This document shows, piece after piece, positions 55,059 to 64,000 of a stretch of DNA of 64,000 bases; position 1 is the stretch's first letter; each line of letters opens with the position of its first letter. The DNA is from an uncultured virus (IMG/VR IMGVR_UViG_2928819513_000009). Its lineage: Duplodnaviria; Heunggongvirae; Uroviricota; Caudoviricetes. Below the pieces are notes generated by a model, which searched no databases, was not told the origin of the DNA, and saw only the letters and a list, made by a program, of their open reading frames with translations. The translations under genes and the position numbers were made by a program. The stretch is taken from IMG/VR virus record IMGVR_UViG_2928819513_000009, positions 1-64,000 of that record, one strand, 5' to 3'.

Positions 55059-56872
55059 TCCATTTGATCGAAATCGGCTGCTACGTCGGCGCCGCATCCT
55101 CCAGCACCCACACGGTCGGCGCCGGGCTCAAGGGCTTCGTGCTGACCGCCGGCCCGCCGGCCACGGTGGGAATGACGCTGCGCGTGGAGGCGACGGACGG
55201 TTCCGGCGCCTGGATGGAGGGGCTGGTGGTCGCCGGCACCTCCGCTGGCTTTGCCCTGTCCGTCAAATCCACCGGCGGCGCGGGCGTCCACAGCGGCTGG
55301 AAGCTCGCCGCCGGCATCCTGCGCTATGCCAACGAGGACTATGACCACCCCTCCGCCCCCGGCCCCTACGAGCCGGTGATCGCGCCCGACGGCTACGCCA
55401 TGGGCTCGGTCAGCCTGCATGGGGACGGCCGATCGTTCGGGGCGGGCGATGTCGAGAAGGGCCGGATCAAGATCATCAACGCCGGGCTGCGCGACCACCT
55501 GCGCCGCTACGCCTACTTCGGTCGGCTGGCGCGGGAGCTGTTGGTCGCGGGGCCGGCGGCGGCCTACAGCACGGCGGTCGTGCTGCGCACCGGCACCGTG
55601 GAGCAGCCGGTGGTGGGGGCGCAGGATGTGCTGTTCCGCTGGCGCGGCGCGCTGTCCGATCTGGACAGCCGGTGGCAGGGCTCCACCTATCCCGGCGGCA
55701 CCGGCGCCGCGATGAGCACCGACGGAGCCGAAGGGCTGCGGGATTTGCCGCGCCCCCGGCTCCGGGGCTACCGGGCGCAGATCGAGCCGGTGTCGACCAA
55801 CAACGTCGGGGACCTGCGCCAGATCAGCGACCGCCGCATCCACGGCGTCGCCGACGGCCGCAACAAGGGCGTCCCGATCACGGTCGGCGTGAGGTGCTCG
55901 ACGCTCCAGGCGCTGAAGGACTCGACCCCGACCACCGGGACGTTCAATTGGTATGCCGGCGAGAACGGCGACGGAGCGTGGTGCAAGACGACGTTCGGCA
56001 GCCAAGGCGGCGTTTTCACGCTGGCGGCTTGGGAGGGGGCGACCGAGGCGGACCGCTTCCTGGCGCAGGTCTGGCGCCGCAGCCTCATCGAGGATTGCGG
56101 CTACACCGGCGCCGACCTCTCCGCCGCCGATGTGGCGGCGCTGGACCTCGCCTGTCCGTGGGAAGCCGGCGTTTGGGCCGGGACGCAGGAGCGGACCAAG
56201 CGGGCGGTGCTGGACGAGCTGTGCGGCGGCGTGGCCGGCTACCATGACGACGACATGGGGGTGTGGCGGATCGTCTACGACGGCGCCGCCGCCGGTCCGC
56301 CGGTGCTGACCTTCCGACAGCTTCTGGGGGCCGACGAGGACGCGCCGGCCGGGCATGTCCCCTATGGCTCCCTCGAACTGGTCGCCAGCAACGACGACAC
56401 GCGCGGGTTGCCCGTCTGCGCCGTCGACGTCGAGTTCGCGCCGCGCGACCGGCCGTTGGGCTCGGGCGATCTGGCCGGCGACCCCGCCTCGGACTTCGAT
56501 CCGGTCGGCGGGGCGGATGCGCGGGTCCAGTTGTCGAGCGAGGTGCTGACCGCGACGTGGCCGTCGTCCGGCAAGGACCAGGGAATCATCGACCTGTGGG
56601 GCGAGCGGCGCCTGACGGTCCGGACGGCTCTGCGCAAACGCGAGCACGCCCTCGCGCTCGCGGTGCGGCTGTTCGCCGTCCACAGCGCGCTGCGCGACCG
56701 CTTCACCCTGGCGGCGGCCCTGACCGCCGAGACCATCCCCGCCCGGCCGGGCACCGACATCGCCGTACGATCCTCGCGCTACGGCCTGGAGGCGGGCAAG
56801 ACGATGCGGGTCAACGGCCGGCGGCTGGAGGGGCTGACCATCAAACTCGACCTGCTGGAGGCCCCGCTGTGA
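55055..56872 (+). CDS. Tail tip/baseplate hub-like protein
   Basis: Follows TMP with GTGA overlap; YPGGTG...GLRDLPRPRLRG. Confidence 0.65.
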   Translation: MIHLIEIGCYVGAASSSTHTVGAGLKGFVLTAGPPATVGMTLRVEATDGSGAWMEGLVVAGTSAGFALSVKSTGGAGVHSGWKLAAGILRYANEDYDHPSAPGPYEPVIAPDGYAMGSVSLHGDGRSFGAGDVEKGRIKIINAGLRDHLRRYAYFGRLARELLVAGPAAAYSTAVVLRTGTVEQPVVGAQDVLFRWRGALSDLDSRWQGSTYPGGTGAAMSTDGAEGLRDLPRPRLRGYRAQIEPVSTNNVGDLRQISDRRIHGVADGRNKGVPITVGVRCSTLQALKDSTPTTGTFNWYAGENGDGAWCKTTFGSQGGVFTLAAWEGATEADRFLAQVWRRSLIEDCGYTGADLSAADVAALDLACPWEAGVWAGTQERTKRAVLDELCGGVAGYHDDDMGVWRIVYDGAAAGPPVLTFRQLLGADEDAPAGHVPYGSLELVASNDDTRGLPVCAVDVEFAPRDRPLGSGDLAGDPASDFDPVGGADARVQLSSEVLTATWPSSGKDQGIIDLWGERRLTVRTALRKREHALALAVRLFAVHSALRDRFTLAAALTAETIPARPGTDIAVRSSRYGLEAGKTMRVNGRRLEGLTIKLDLLEAPL

Positions 56873-57744
56873 GTCTGGATGCCATCATCGGTTTGGACCG
56901 CTGGACCGACCAGTTCGCTTTCGCGGCCGGCGGCGGGGGCTGGGACCCCGACCGGCCCGTCACGAACCTCGGCTCGATGCCGCTCTACCGGGTCGGCCGG
57001 ACGGCCACCGGCAACGCGGACGACACCGTGTTCGTGGCGACCAGCACCAGCCCCTTGCCGGTCGGGCTGATGGCCTTCGTCGGGCACAACGCGGACGACG
57101 ACGACACCTTCGAGATCGAGATGTTCGGCGACCCCGGCATGGCCCCGTCGACTCTCGTCCATCATGAGGATCCGGCCGACTTCTGGCCGGTGGTCTACGA
57201 CCGCTCCGCCCTGCCGTTCGAACACGAGTCGTTCTGGACCGGAAAGTATTCGGCCCGGCAGCGGGCGCGCAAGCGCACCCCGATCCGTCCGGTCTACCTG
57301 CCGTCACCCGTTCTGGTGCAGGCCATCCGCGTCAGGGTGCGCAAGATCAACCCATCGGCCGGCCCCTTTCAATGCCGGCTGTTCGAGATCGCCATGGGTC
57401 ATCAGGTCTCGATCAGCCCGGCGCTGGGGCTGAACTATGGGTTTGGCTTCCGGACCACGGCGGTGCAGGCCGAGTGCGGCCACAAGGAGTTCAACCGGCT
57501 GCCCAAACCGCAGATCTGGAGGGGACGCATCCCCTACCTGCCGGTCGACGAGGCCCGCCAGCGAATGCACGACGCGCTGGAGGATTACGACCTGGACGTG
57601 CCGTTCCTCTTCTTCCCCTTTCCCGACCGGACGGTCGACTGGCTGCGCATGGTGCAGCTCGTCCGCAACCTCGACCCCGGCCTGTTCGGCGTCGTCGGCC
57701 ACCAGCACGACGAGGTGCCGTTTTCTTTCGAAGGAGTGCTTTGA
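56869..57744 (+). CDS. Distal tail-like protein
   Basis: GTGA coupling; AFVGHN motif; tail context. Confidence 0.6.
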   Translation: MSLDAIIGLDRWTDQFAFAAGGGGWDPDRPVTNLGSMPLYRVGRTATGNADDTVFVATSTSPLPVGLMAFVGHNADDDDTFEIEMFGDPGMAPSTLVHHEDPADFWPVVYDRSALPFEHESFWTGKYSARQRARKRTPIRPVYLPSPVLVQAIRVRVRKINPSAGPFQCRLFEIAMGHQVSISPALGLNYGFGFRTTAVQAECGHKEFNRLPKPQIWRGRIPYLPVDEARQRMHDALEDYDLDVPFLFFPFPDRTVDWLRMVQLVRNLDPGLFGVVGHQHDEVPFSFEGVL

Positions 57745-58953
57745 ATGGTGATGCTGAAGGGCAAGGAATACACCGGCGCCGGGCTCGGGACGAACTTCGG
57801 CCACAAGAAGCCGACGGTCTCCGGAGCCGATGGGCAGACCCGCGACCAGTGGGAGAACATGTGGACTGATGGCCTCGCGGAAGTGGGGGACCGCGCAGCC
57901 GCTGCCGTGGAGGCTGGCGAATCCGCCGCCGCCAGCCAAGCCGCCGCCGCCGCATCGGCGACCGCCGCCGCCGGCAGCGCGGGCAACGCCGCGGCCGATG
58001 CCGCTGCCGCGCATACCGACCGGGTGCTGTCCGAGACGGCCCGCACGGCGGCGCAGGCCGCTGCTGCATCCGTCCTGCCCGGCCAGCCGGGCGGTGTGTG
58101 CGAGCTGGACGGCGACGGCAAGGTGCCGACCGCCCGCTTGCCGGCGGCAATTTTGGGCGCTCTCAACTATCAGGGCGGGTGGAACGCCGCAACCAACAGC
58201 CCGGCCATCCCGACCGCGGCCTCGGGCAACAAGGGCCGCTACTACGTCGTCTCGGTCGCCGGGACCACAGCGATCAATGGCGAGGCGGATTGGCAGGTCG
58301 GCGACTGGATCGTTTCGTCTGGCTCAAGCTGGGGCAAGGTGGACAACACCGACCGCGTCCGCTCCGTCGCCGGCCGGGCCGGGGACGTCACCTTGACGGT
58401 GGCCGATCTGCCCGATCTGGCCGAATTCATCCGCGACACGATCGCTGCCTTCTTGGTGGGTGGCGCCGGGGTGAGCGTCGTTCACGACGACCCCGGCAAC
58501 ACGCTGACCATCTCTGTCACCAGCCACGGACTGGTGGCGGCGCGGTACTGGCGGCTGTTTTCCAGCGGCGCGCCCTACACGGGAGCTGGCGACTACACGG
58601 CCCTCTACGAACTGGAGATGTTCGGTGCGGCCGACGCTACCGGAACCGATCTCACCACGGGCAAGACGGCGACCGCCAGCAGCGCCTACCCCGGGTTCCC
58701 TGCGTCGCGGGCCATCGACGACAACCCCTCCACGGAGTGGTCCACCGCTGACGGACAAGCGTCCAACGCTTGGATTTACGTGGACTTCGGGACGGCAGTG
58801 ACGGTGCGAGCCCTGTCGCTCACGCCGCAACCCAGCCGCATCAGCGGGACGGTGTTCGTGCAGTATTCGTCCGACGCTGCCGGCTGGGCGACCTTGGCGA
58901 CCATCGCCCCGGTCAACGTGACCGGCAAGCAGGTGTTCACCTACCTTCAATAG
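57745..58953 (+). CDS. Tail fibre/receptor-binding protein with C-terminal discoidin (F5/8C) domain
   Basis: Ala-rich stalk, LNYQGGWNAATNSP...GDW module, ATASS...RAIDDNPSTEW...WIYVDFG. Confidence 0.8.
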   Translation: MVMLKGKEYTGAGLGTNFGHKKPTVSGADGQTRDQWENMWTDGLAEVGDRAAAAVEAGESAAASQAAAAASATAAAGSAGNAAADAAAAHTDRVLSETARTAAQAAAASVLPGQPGGVCELDGDGKVPTARLPAAILGALNYQGGWNAATNSPAIPTAASGNKGRYYVVSVAGTTAINGEADWQVGDWIVSSGSSWGKVDNTDRVRSVAGRAGDVTLTVADLPDLAEFIRDTIAAFLVGGAGVSVVHDDPGNTLTISVTSHGLVAARYWRLFSSGAPYTGAGDYTALYELEMFGAADATGTDLTTGKTATASSAYPGFPASRAIDDNPSTEWSTADGQASNAWIYVDFGTAVTVRALSLTPQPSRISGTVFVQYSSDAAGWATLATIAPVNVTGKQVFTYLQ

Positions 58954-58984
58954 CCCCGCGACAACACTCCAACCTGACCGACCC

Positions 58985-59007
58985 GGCCGCCGTGAGCGGC
59001 CTTTTTC
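58985..59007 (+). terminator. Intrinsic terminator after tail fibre
   Basis: GGCCGC-CGTGA-GCGGCC-TTTTT. Confidence 0.7.
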
Positions 59008-59016
59008 ATGCCCACC

Positions 59017-59090
59017 AAAAGAAGCAGGCGACCGGCGGGGGAGCGCGGTCGCCCGAGTTCAGGGGAGATAACCTCAGAGGAGCCTACCTG
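59017..59090 (-). ncRNA. suhB/MmgR (alpha-r8)-like small RNA
   Basis: Minus strand CTCCTCTGAGGTTATCTCCCCTGAACTCGGGCGACC...GGTCGCCTGCTTCTTTT resembles the suhB core plus terminator; ATGACG-17-CAAGAT promoter upstream. Confidence 0.55.
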
Positions 59091-59155
59091 CCCTCATCTT
59101 GGCCTGCCTGCTCCCCAGCGTCATGTCCGGCACAACCCGATCCGGAGCAATCCCT

Positions 59156-59320
59156 ATGACCGATGCAACCGACCCCGCCGAACTGGAGGTCGAGCGGGCG
59201 CTCGCCGACTGCGACGGGAACAAGGACGCCGCCCTCCTGCTGCTCGCCCACCTGCTCGTCAATGCCAAGCGCGGCCTGTCCGCCGGGCATCTGCGCCTCC
59301 CGCCGGCCGACCGCCGGTAA
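59156..59320 (+). CDS. Small hypothetical protein
   Basis: GGAG RBS; VERALADCDGN...LSAGHLR. Confidence 0.55.
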   Translation: MTDATDPAELEVERALADCDGNKDAALLLLAHLLVNAKRGLSAGHLRLPPADRR

Positions 59321-59375
59321 TCGCGTTACAGCCGGCCTGTAACGCAAAATTCCCACCACCACGGAGACCACCATC

Positions 59376-60209
59376 ATGACCACGCCCACCGGCGCGGCGA
59401 TCCCGCGCGCCCTCCCGTATGCCGGCGCCGCCCGGCCGCTCCCCCTCGGTGCCATCAACCGCGCCGCCCGCGACCTCGGTTGCGAGCCCGCCGCCCTCTC
59501 GGCGGTGCTGATCGTCGAGACCGGCCTGCGCAGCGGCTTCCTGGCCGCGCCCGACGGTCGCCCGCGAATCCTCTACGAGGCCCACATCGCCCACCGGCTG
59601 TGCGGGCGCCCTGTGCCTGGTCTCTCGGTCCAGTCCTGGGACCGCAGCCTCTACGCCCCCACCGGGGCCGGCGAGTGGGAGCGGCTGCTGCGCGCCGTCG
59701 ACGTGCTGGGCGAGGATGTCGCGCTCCAGGCCGCGTCCTGGGGCATCGGGCAGGTGCTGGGCACCAACCATGGGCTTTGCGGGTTCGCCACGGTCCAGTC
59801 CTTCGTGCGGGCGATGGCCGCCGGGGAGGAGGAGCAGCTCGGCGCGGTGGCCGCCTTCATCCGTGCCCGCCGGCTGGCCGATCCGCTGCGCCGGAAGGAC
59901 TGGGCCGCCTTCGCGCGCGGCTACAACGGCACCGCCTACGCCGCCAACAGCTACGACAGCAAGCTGGCTGCCGCTTATGTCCGCGTCATCGCCGGCAGCC
60001 CAAACGACGGCACCCTGTCCATCGGTGATGTCGGCCCGGAGGTCGCCAGCATGCAGCGCGCGCTCGTCGCGCTGGGCTTCAAGGTGGCGACCGACGGTGA
60101 TTTCGGCCGGATGACGCGCAACGCGGTGGAAGCGTTCCAGGCGGCGCGCGGGCTGGTCGCTGACGGTGTGGTCGGGCCGGTGACGGCCAAGGCGATGGGG
60201 ATTGCGTGA
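59376..60209 (+). CDS. Endolysin: N-acetylmuramidase (DUF3380) + peptidoglycan-binding domain
   Basis: VET, ILYEAH, ASWGIGQVLG, FARGYNG; C-terminal DGDFGRMT..FQ..GL.ADGVVGP. Confidence 0.92.
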   Translation: MTTPTGAAIPRALPYAGAARPLPLGAINRAARDLGCEPAALSAVLIVETGLRSGFLAAPDGRPRILYEAHIAHRLCGRPVPGLSVQSWDRSLYAPTGAGEWERLLRAVDVLGEDVALQAASWGIGQVLGTNHGLCGFATVQSFVRAMAAGEEEQLGAVAAFIRARRLADPLRRKDWAAFARGYNGTAYAANSYDSKLAAAYVRVIAGSPNDGTLSIGDVGPEVASMQRALVALGFKVATDGDFGRMTRNAVEAFQAARGLVADGVVGPVTAKAMGIA

Positions 60210-60505
60210 TGGCCGCGCTCTCCAAGATCCTCCGCAGCGTCGAAGGCAATCGCCTCATGTTCTGGTGCCCCGGCTGTGACGCTGCGCACGCTGTCCGCGT
60301 TGGCTCCGGCTCTGGCTGGACCTACAACGGCAACCCCGACAAGCCGACGTTCACCCCGTCGATCCTGTTCAACCCCGGCGGCGAGACGCCCGGCGTGCCG
60401 CTCTGCCACAGCTTCGTGACGGACGGGCGCATCCAGTTCCTCGGCGACAGCACCCACCCGCTCGCCGGCCAGACGGTCGACCTGCCGGACTTCGACGCCG
60501 GCTGA
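60206..60505 (+). CDS. DUF6527-like Cys/His protein
   Basis: FWCPGC..H...WTYNG...PTFTPS...CHSFVTDGRIQFLGDSTH. Confidence 0.8.
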   Translation: MMAALSKILRSVEGNRLMFWCPGCDAAHAVRVGSGSGWTYNGNPDKPTFTPSILFNPGGETPGVPLCHSFVTDGRIQFLGDSTHPLAGQTVDLPDFDAG

Positions 60506-60579
60506 CCGCAACCACTGCCACAGCTATCCGCCCGCGCCGTCCCGGCCGCGGGCTTTCTCAAGCCCGAAAGGAATCCATT

Positions 60580-61131
60580 ATGCTCCCTCTGCTTCTCGCC
60601 GCCGCCGCTCCCCTCGCCCAACTGGCCGGGGAGGAGATCGCCAAGCTCATCGGCGGAGACGACCCCGCGACTTCAGCCAAGGGCGCCGCGGTTGCCAAGG
60701 CGCTGGTGACCGCCGCCGGCACCGTTGCCGGGGTGCCCATCACCCGGCCGGAGGACATCGCCCCGCTGGCCTCGATGATCGCCGAGGACCCCACCAAGCT
60801 GGCCGAGTTCCGGAAGGCGGTGGGCGACCAACTCATCGCGCTCCTGACGCTCGACAACGACGACCGAGCCGGCGCGCGGGGGCAGACGGTCGAGCTGGCC
60901 AAGGCCGGCAGCCACATCGCATGGGGCGCCCCGGTGGTGTCCGTGGTGGTGATGTCCGTGTTCGGAGCGGTGCTCTACAAGGTGCTGAGCACGCCTGCCG
61001 GCACCTCGATCGACCCGAACGCCGCAATCATGCTGGGGGCGTTGACGACGATGGCGACGGCGGTGGTGTCATATTGGGTCGGGTCGAGTGCCGGCAGTGC
61101 GGCGAAGGACAAACTGCTGCGCGGCGGGTAA
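60580..61131 (+). CDS. Holin-like membrane protein
   Basis: DRAGAR, two TM helices, SYWVGSSAGS..KD terminus. Confidence 0.75.
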   Translation: MLPLLLAAAAPLAQLAGEEIAKLIGGDDPATSAKGAAVAKALVTAAGTVAGVPITRPEDIAPLASMIAEDPTKLAEFRKAVGDQLIALLTLDNDDRAGARGQTVELAKAGSHIAWGAPVVSVVVMSVFGAVLYKVLSTPAGTSIDPNAAIMLGALTTMATAVVSYWVGSSAGSAAKDKLLRGG

Positions 61132-61235
61132 GGCAGGGGAGGGAGCCGCCTTGGCTCACACCATTTTCCCTGGCCAAGGCCATGGCCCTCCATAGTCGAG
61201 ATGCGGGACCTTGGCGATTCCGCCGCCACCATGGC

Positions 61236-61622
61236 TCAAGCGGTGCGGTTCACCCAAGTGCACCCCGTCATCGGATACCCCCGGACCCCGTAAAGGTCCG
61301 GGCCTCCTGTATAGGTGATGAACGCTTCTCCAGATGCGGAGAAAATTCGTGTCATAAGATATATTATGGAAAATATTAATATAATGACCAGAATATCACG
61401 TCGGCTACCTTGCCGACCTTGGTCGCGTCCAGGCGCAGGCAATGTCAACATGTTGTGCTTGGCTAGACGGCTTGGCTCCAACGCCTTCCAATCGCTACCA
61501 ACCGGCAATGGATTGCCCCGGTCCGCTCCGAGTCGCCTGTCGGCGACTCGACCATCGGGGAGGTTAAGTGCGCAAGGGCCGCGAGCGCTGTCTAATGGTG
61601 GAGGAGGAAGATTAGGCACCAC
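61236..61622 (-). CDS. Low-GC hypothetical membrane protein (start uncertain)
   Basis: AT-rich segment encoding ILVIILIFSIIYLM. Confidence 0.35.
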   Translation of the reverse strand: MVPNLPPPPLDSARGPCALNLPDGRVADRRLGADRGNPLPVGSDWKALEPSRLAKHNMLTLPAPGRDQGRQGSRRDILVIILIFSIIYLMTRIFSASGEAFITYTGGPDLYGVRGYPMTGCTWVNRTA

Positions 61623-61918
61623 AAAATATTGATCGCTTTGGGGCCGGGAGCCATAAATATCGAAATTTCCGCTTCATATTGGTCTATCTTAGGCGGGGAG
61701 CAAAAATCTCCTGGAGAGCGTGCAACAGAGGCCATGCTGGCGTTGTTGACAGGGCAAATCGCTAGATTTGCGGGGCTCTTCCAGTGTCAAACGCTATATC
61801 TGGTGGATTAGAACTTTCCTTCCCTTGCAGGCCCCGCGCTCGCTGGCTAGGATTGCCGCGTGGAGTCGGGCGGCGGATCCGCCGCCGCCCTAACCACTGA
61901 CCTGTGAAGGAGGCCAAG

Positions 61919-61999
61919 ATGATCCAATGGATCATTCTAACCAAGCTCCTGGTTGAACTGGTGCAGTCGATCCAGGCTATCCTGGTCCTCTTGCACTAA
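61919..61999 (+). CDS. 26-aa hydrophobic peptide, type I toxin-like
   Basis: AAGGAGG RBS; MIQWIILTKLLVELVQSIQAILVLLH; hairpins upstream (61868-61890) and downstream (62007-62039). Confidence 0.6.
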   Translation: MIQWIILTKLLVELVQSIQAILVLLH

Positions 62000-62309
62000 C
62001 CGGAGCGGGGAAGGGTCGGCTGGACCCCGGCCCTTCCTCTCCGACACGATAGGACATCTCCTGCACGTCTCGCAAGCCGCCAAATCGGCCAGATCATGTA
62101 TTCGAAACGGCGCATGCACGCTATAGGCGGAGCCTGGACGGGGTAAGCCCTGAGCATGGCAGGCGCTCATCGAACTCTTCGATTCCCTCGTCTTCCGGTT
62201 CGCGAACAACCAATGCATCGCGCTCCGCGGCATAGGGGCTCCCGAGCAGCGGCAGCGCCGCAACAACGCGACCATGACCGGCGTCACGTGCTGCTGTAGC
62301 CATCCGCTG

Positions 62310-63599
62310 CTAAGCCCGGACAACGGGCACATCCGTCAATCTGGTCGTATAAGAGGGTGACCGGGATTCCTGACGCATCCGCCATGCCCGCCCCATCGTC
62401 GCCGCAGACCGAAGCGTGTCTCGTCCCATCCTGGCGTTGACGGCATCCATAGCCGCCATGAGCCGCGACCCGCGTTGCCGATCGGCAGCCTGCAGCAGAT
62501 CCGGCTGAACGCGCTCGACCGGCACCAAGCCGGATAGGACGACGCCGGCCTTGCTGAACTGGAATCCCTCGCGCCAGATCCGTTTCGCCGCCGCGGTGGC
62601 CGCTGCGATCAGGGCGAAGCTGTCGTTGGTCGGCGGCTGGAGCTCGACCGTGGCCGCGTTGGCGTAGCTCGGGCCCGAGCGGAAAGGCGAGGTATGCATG
62701 AAGACCTGCAAGGACTCGGCTGCCAACCCATGGGCGCCCTGCCCTCTCAGCTTCTCGGCCGCGCGGGACGCGTAGCTGGCCACAGCCTCTCGCATCGGCT
62801 CCCAAGTCTTCACCGGCTCGCCGAAGGAGCGGGTCACGGCGGTGCCCTTCACCGGCTGCGGCGCCAAGTCGAGCGGCAGGCACGCCACACCGCGGAGCTC
62901 ATACACCAACCGCTCACCCACCACCGTCAGCAGCTTGCGCGCCTGGCGCGGGTCCATGCTGCGCAGGTCGGCCGCAGTCTTCACGCCGAGCATGTTGAGC
63001 TTCTCCGCGCTGCGCCGGCCGATGCCCCAAACCTCCTCCACCGGCACCATGTGGAGCACTTGCTCGCGGTCTCCCTCGTGCGTCAGGTCGCATACCCCGC
63101 CCTCCCCCATCAGCGACTTCTTGGCCGCGTGGTTCGCTAGCTTGGCGAGCGTCTTCGAGGAGGCGATGCCGATGCACGTCGGGATTCCGGTCCACATCTT
63201 CACCGTTGAGCGAATCTCGGATGCATAGGCCGAGAGGTCACGGCCGTGAAAGCCCGAGAGGTCGAGAAAGCTCTCGTCGATCGAATAGTTCTCCAGGGCG
63301 GGGGTGAACCCGCGAAGGCACTCGGTCACCCTCTGGCTCATGTCGCCGTACAGCACGTAGTTGCTGCTGAACACGCGAACCCTGTGCCGGCGGACCAAAT
63401 CCTTCACCTCGAACAGCGGCTGCCCCATCTTCACGCCGAGGGCCTTGAGTTCGGAACTCCGCGCGACGAAGCATCCATCGTTGTTCGACAGCACGCCCAC
63501 AGGAACGCCTTCAAGATCGGGCCGGAAGACCCGCTCACAGCTAACGTAAAAGTTGTTGCAATCGACAAGGGCAATCGCTCGCGGCGCCATAGCCATCAC
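62310..63599 (-). CDS. umuC: Y-family DNA polymerase V catalytic subunit
   Basis: [35 protein letters not shown]. Confidence 0.95.
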   Translation of the reverse strand: MMAMAPRAIALVDCNNFYVSCERVFRPDLEGVPVGVLSNNDGCFVARSSELKALGVKMGQPLFEVKDLVRRHRVRVFSSNYVLYGDMSQRVTECLRGFTPALENYSIDESFLDLSGFHGRDLSAYASEIRSTVKMWTGIPTCIGIASSKTLAKLANHAAKKSLMGEGGVCDLTHEGDREQVLHMVPVEEVWGIGRRSAEKLNMLGVKTAADLRSMDPRQARKLLTVVGERLVYELRGVACLPLDLAPQPVKGTAVTRSFGEPVKTWEPMREAVASYASRAAEKLRGQGAHGLAAESLQVFMHTSPFRSGPSYANAATVELQPPTNDSFALIAAATAAAKRIWREGFQFSKAGVVLSGLVPVERVQPDLLQAADRQRGSRLMAAMDAVNARMGRDTLRSAATMGRAWRMRQESRSPSYTTRLTDVPVVRA

Positions 63600-64000
63600 C
63601 TCCGGTGGAACCGAATGGTGCTGTAGATCACTCCCCAGATCTCGAATCCGGGCCGCCCCGTGACGTCCACGGCTTGGTATGCACGATCGTCGGAGTCTGG
63701 CGCCAGATAGGTCCGGCCGCTCCGAAGCAAGAGGCGCTTGCAGGTCAGCTCACCGTCAAGCACCGCAACAACCACGTCGTCGTGTCTGGCCGTGAGGCTG
63801 CGGTCGACGAGCGCCAAGTCGCCATCATGGATGCCGGCGCGCGACATCGAGTGTCCGCTGATTCGCAAGGTGAATGTCGCGCTGGGGTGCGGTACCAGGA
63901 TCTCAGAAAGGTCGAGCCGACCCTCGACATAGTCGGCAGCCGGCGACGGAAAACCGGCCGGCACATTCGCCTCAACCATCCAAATCTCGCATACGCTCAT
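63596..64000 (-). CDS. umuD: UmuD (S24 peptidase)
   Basis: [22 protein letters not shown]. Confidence 0.93.
   Translation of the reverse strand: MSVCEIWMVEANVPAGFPSPAADYVEGRLDLSEILVPHPSATFTLRISGHSMSRAGIHDGDLALVDRSLTARHDDVVVAVLDGELTCKRLLLRSGRTYLAPDSDDRAYQAVDVTGRPGFEIWGVIYSTIRFHRR

Larger units (their letters stand above)
1..64000. mobile_element. Lambda-like temperate siphophage/prophage (partial; extends beyond the window)
   Basis: Colinear terminase, lambda-family portal, protease-capsid, tail tube, tape measure, tail fibre, endolysin and holin genes, plus an early replication arm. Confidence 0.95.

Noticed and set aside
48006..55097. 2363-aa minus-strand ORF
   Set aside because: Antisense shadow of the high-GC3 tape measure gene; no recognisable motifs
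57745..59400. Diversity-generating retroelement or invertible tail-fibre cassette
   Set aside because: No reverse transcriptase, template repeat or invertase seen

Overview
The whole window is a high-GC, lambda-like temperate siphovirus or prophage of an alphaproteobacterium. Host affinity is inferred from the GapR homologue and a suhB/MmgR-like sRNA; Rhodospirillales such as Azospirillum is plausible but unproven. No integrase or CI repressor lies in the window. Layout: (i) early/replication arm, ~0.6-14.3 kb: CII-like regulator, VRR-NUC nuclease, beta sliding clamp, GapR, HNH, three DNA methyltransferases, PD-(D/E)XK nuclease + SNF2 helicase + PAPS-reductase-like protein, replication initiator, Q-like regulator. 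(ii) Accessory zone, ~14.3-24.3 kb: HD hydrolase, frameshifted TnpC-like gene, BrnTA, ATP-dependent DNA ligase operon next to a small HTH gene, HigBA. (iii) A lambda-like cosQ/cosN site, then terS and terL separated by a ~5.6 kb cargo block (DUF5131, orphan TAXI solute-binding protein + 2-TM peptide, ParB-like). (iv) Head genes, then a glycosyltransferase-like gene and a metallophosphoesterase/DUF1937/dNMP-kinase triad. (v) Tail genes with an Acb2/Tad1-like anti-defence gene, a -1 frameshifted chaperone and a ~2830-aa tape measure carrying a lytic transglycosylase. (vi) A suhB/MmgR-like sRNA, lysis cassette, small toxin-like peptide and umuDC. The best candidates for undescribed systems are the TAXI + 2-TM module, the nucleotide-metabolism triad inside the late operon, and the phage-borne sRNA. 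All family calls come from motif recognition by eye; no database searches were run.
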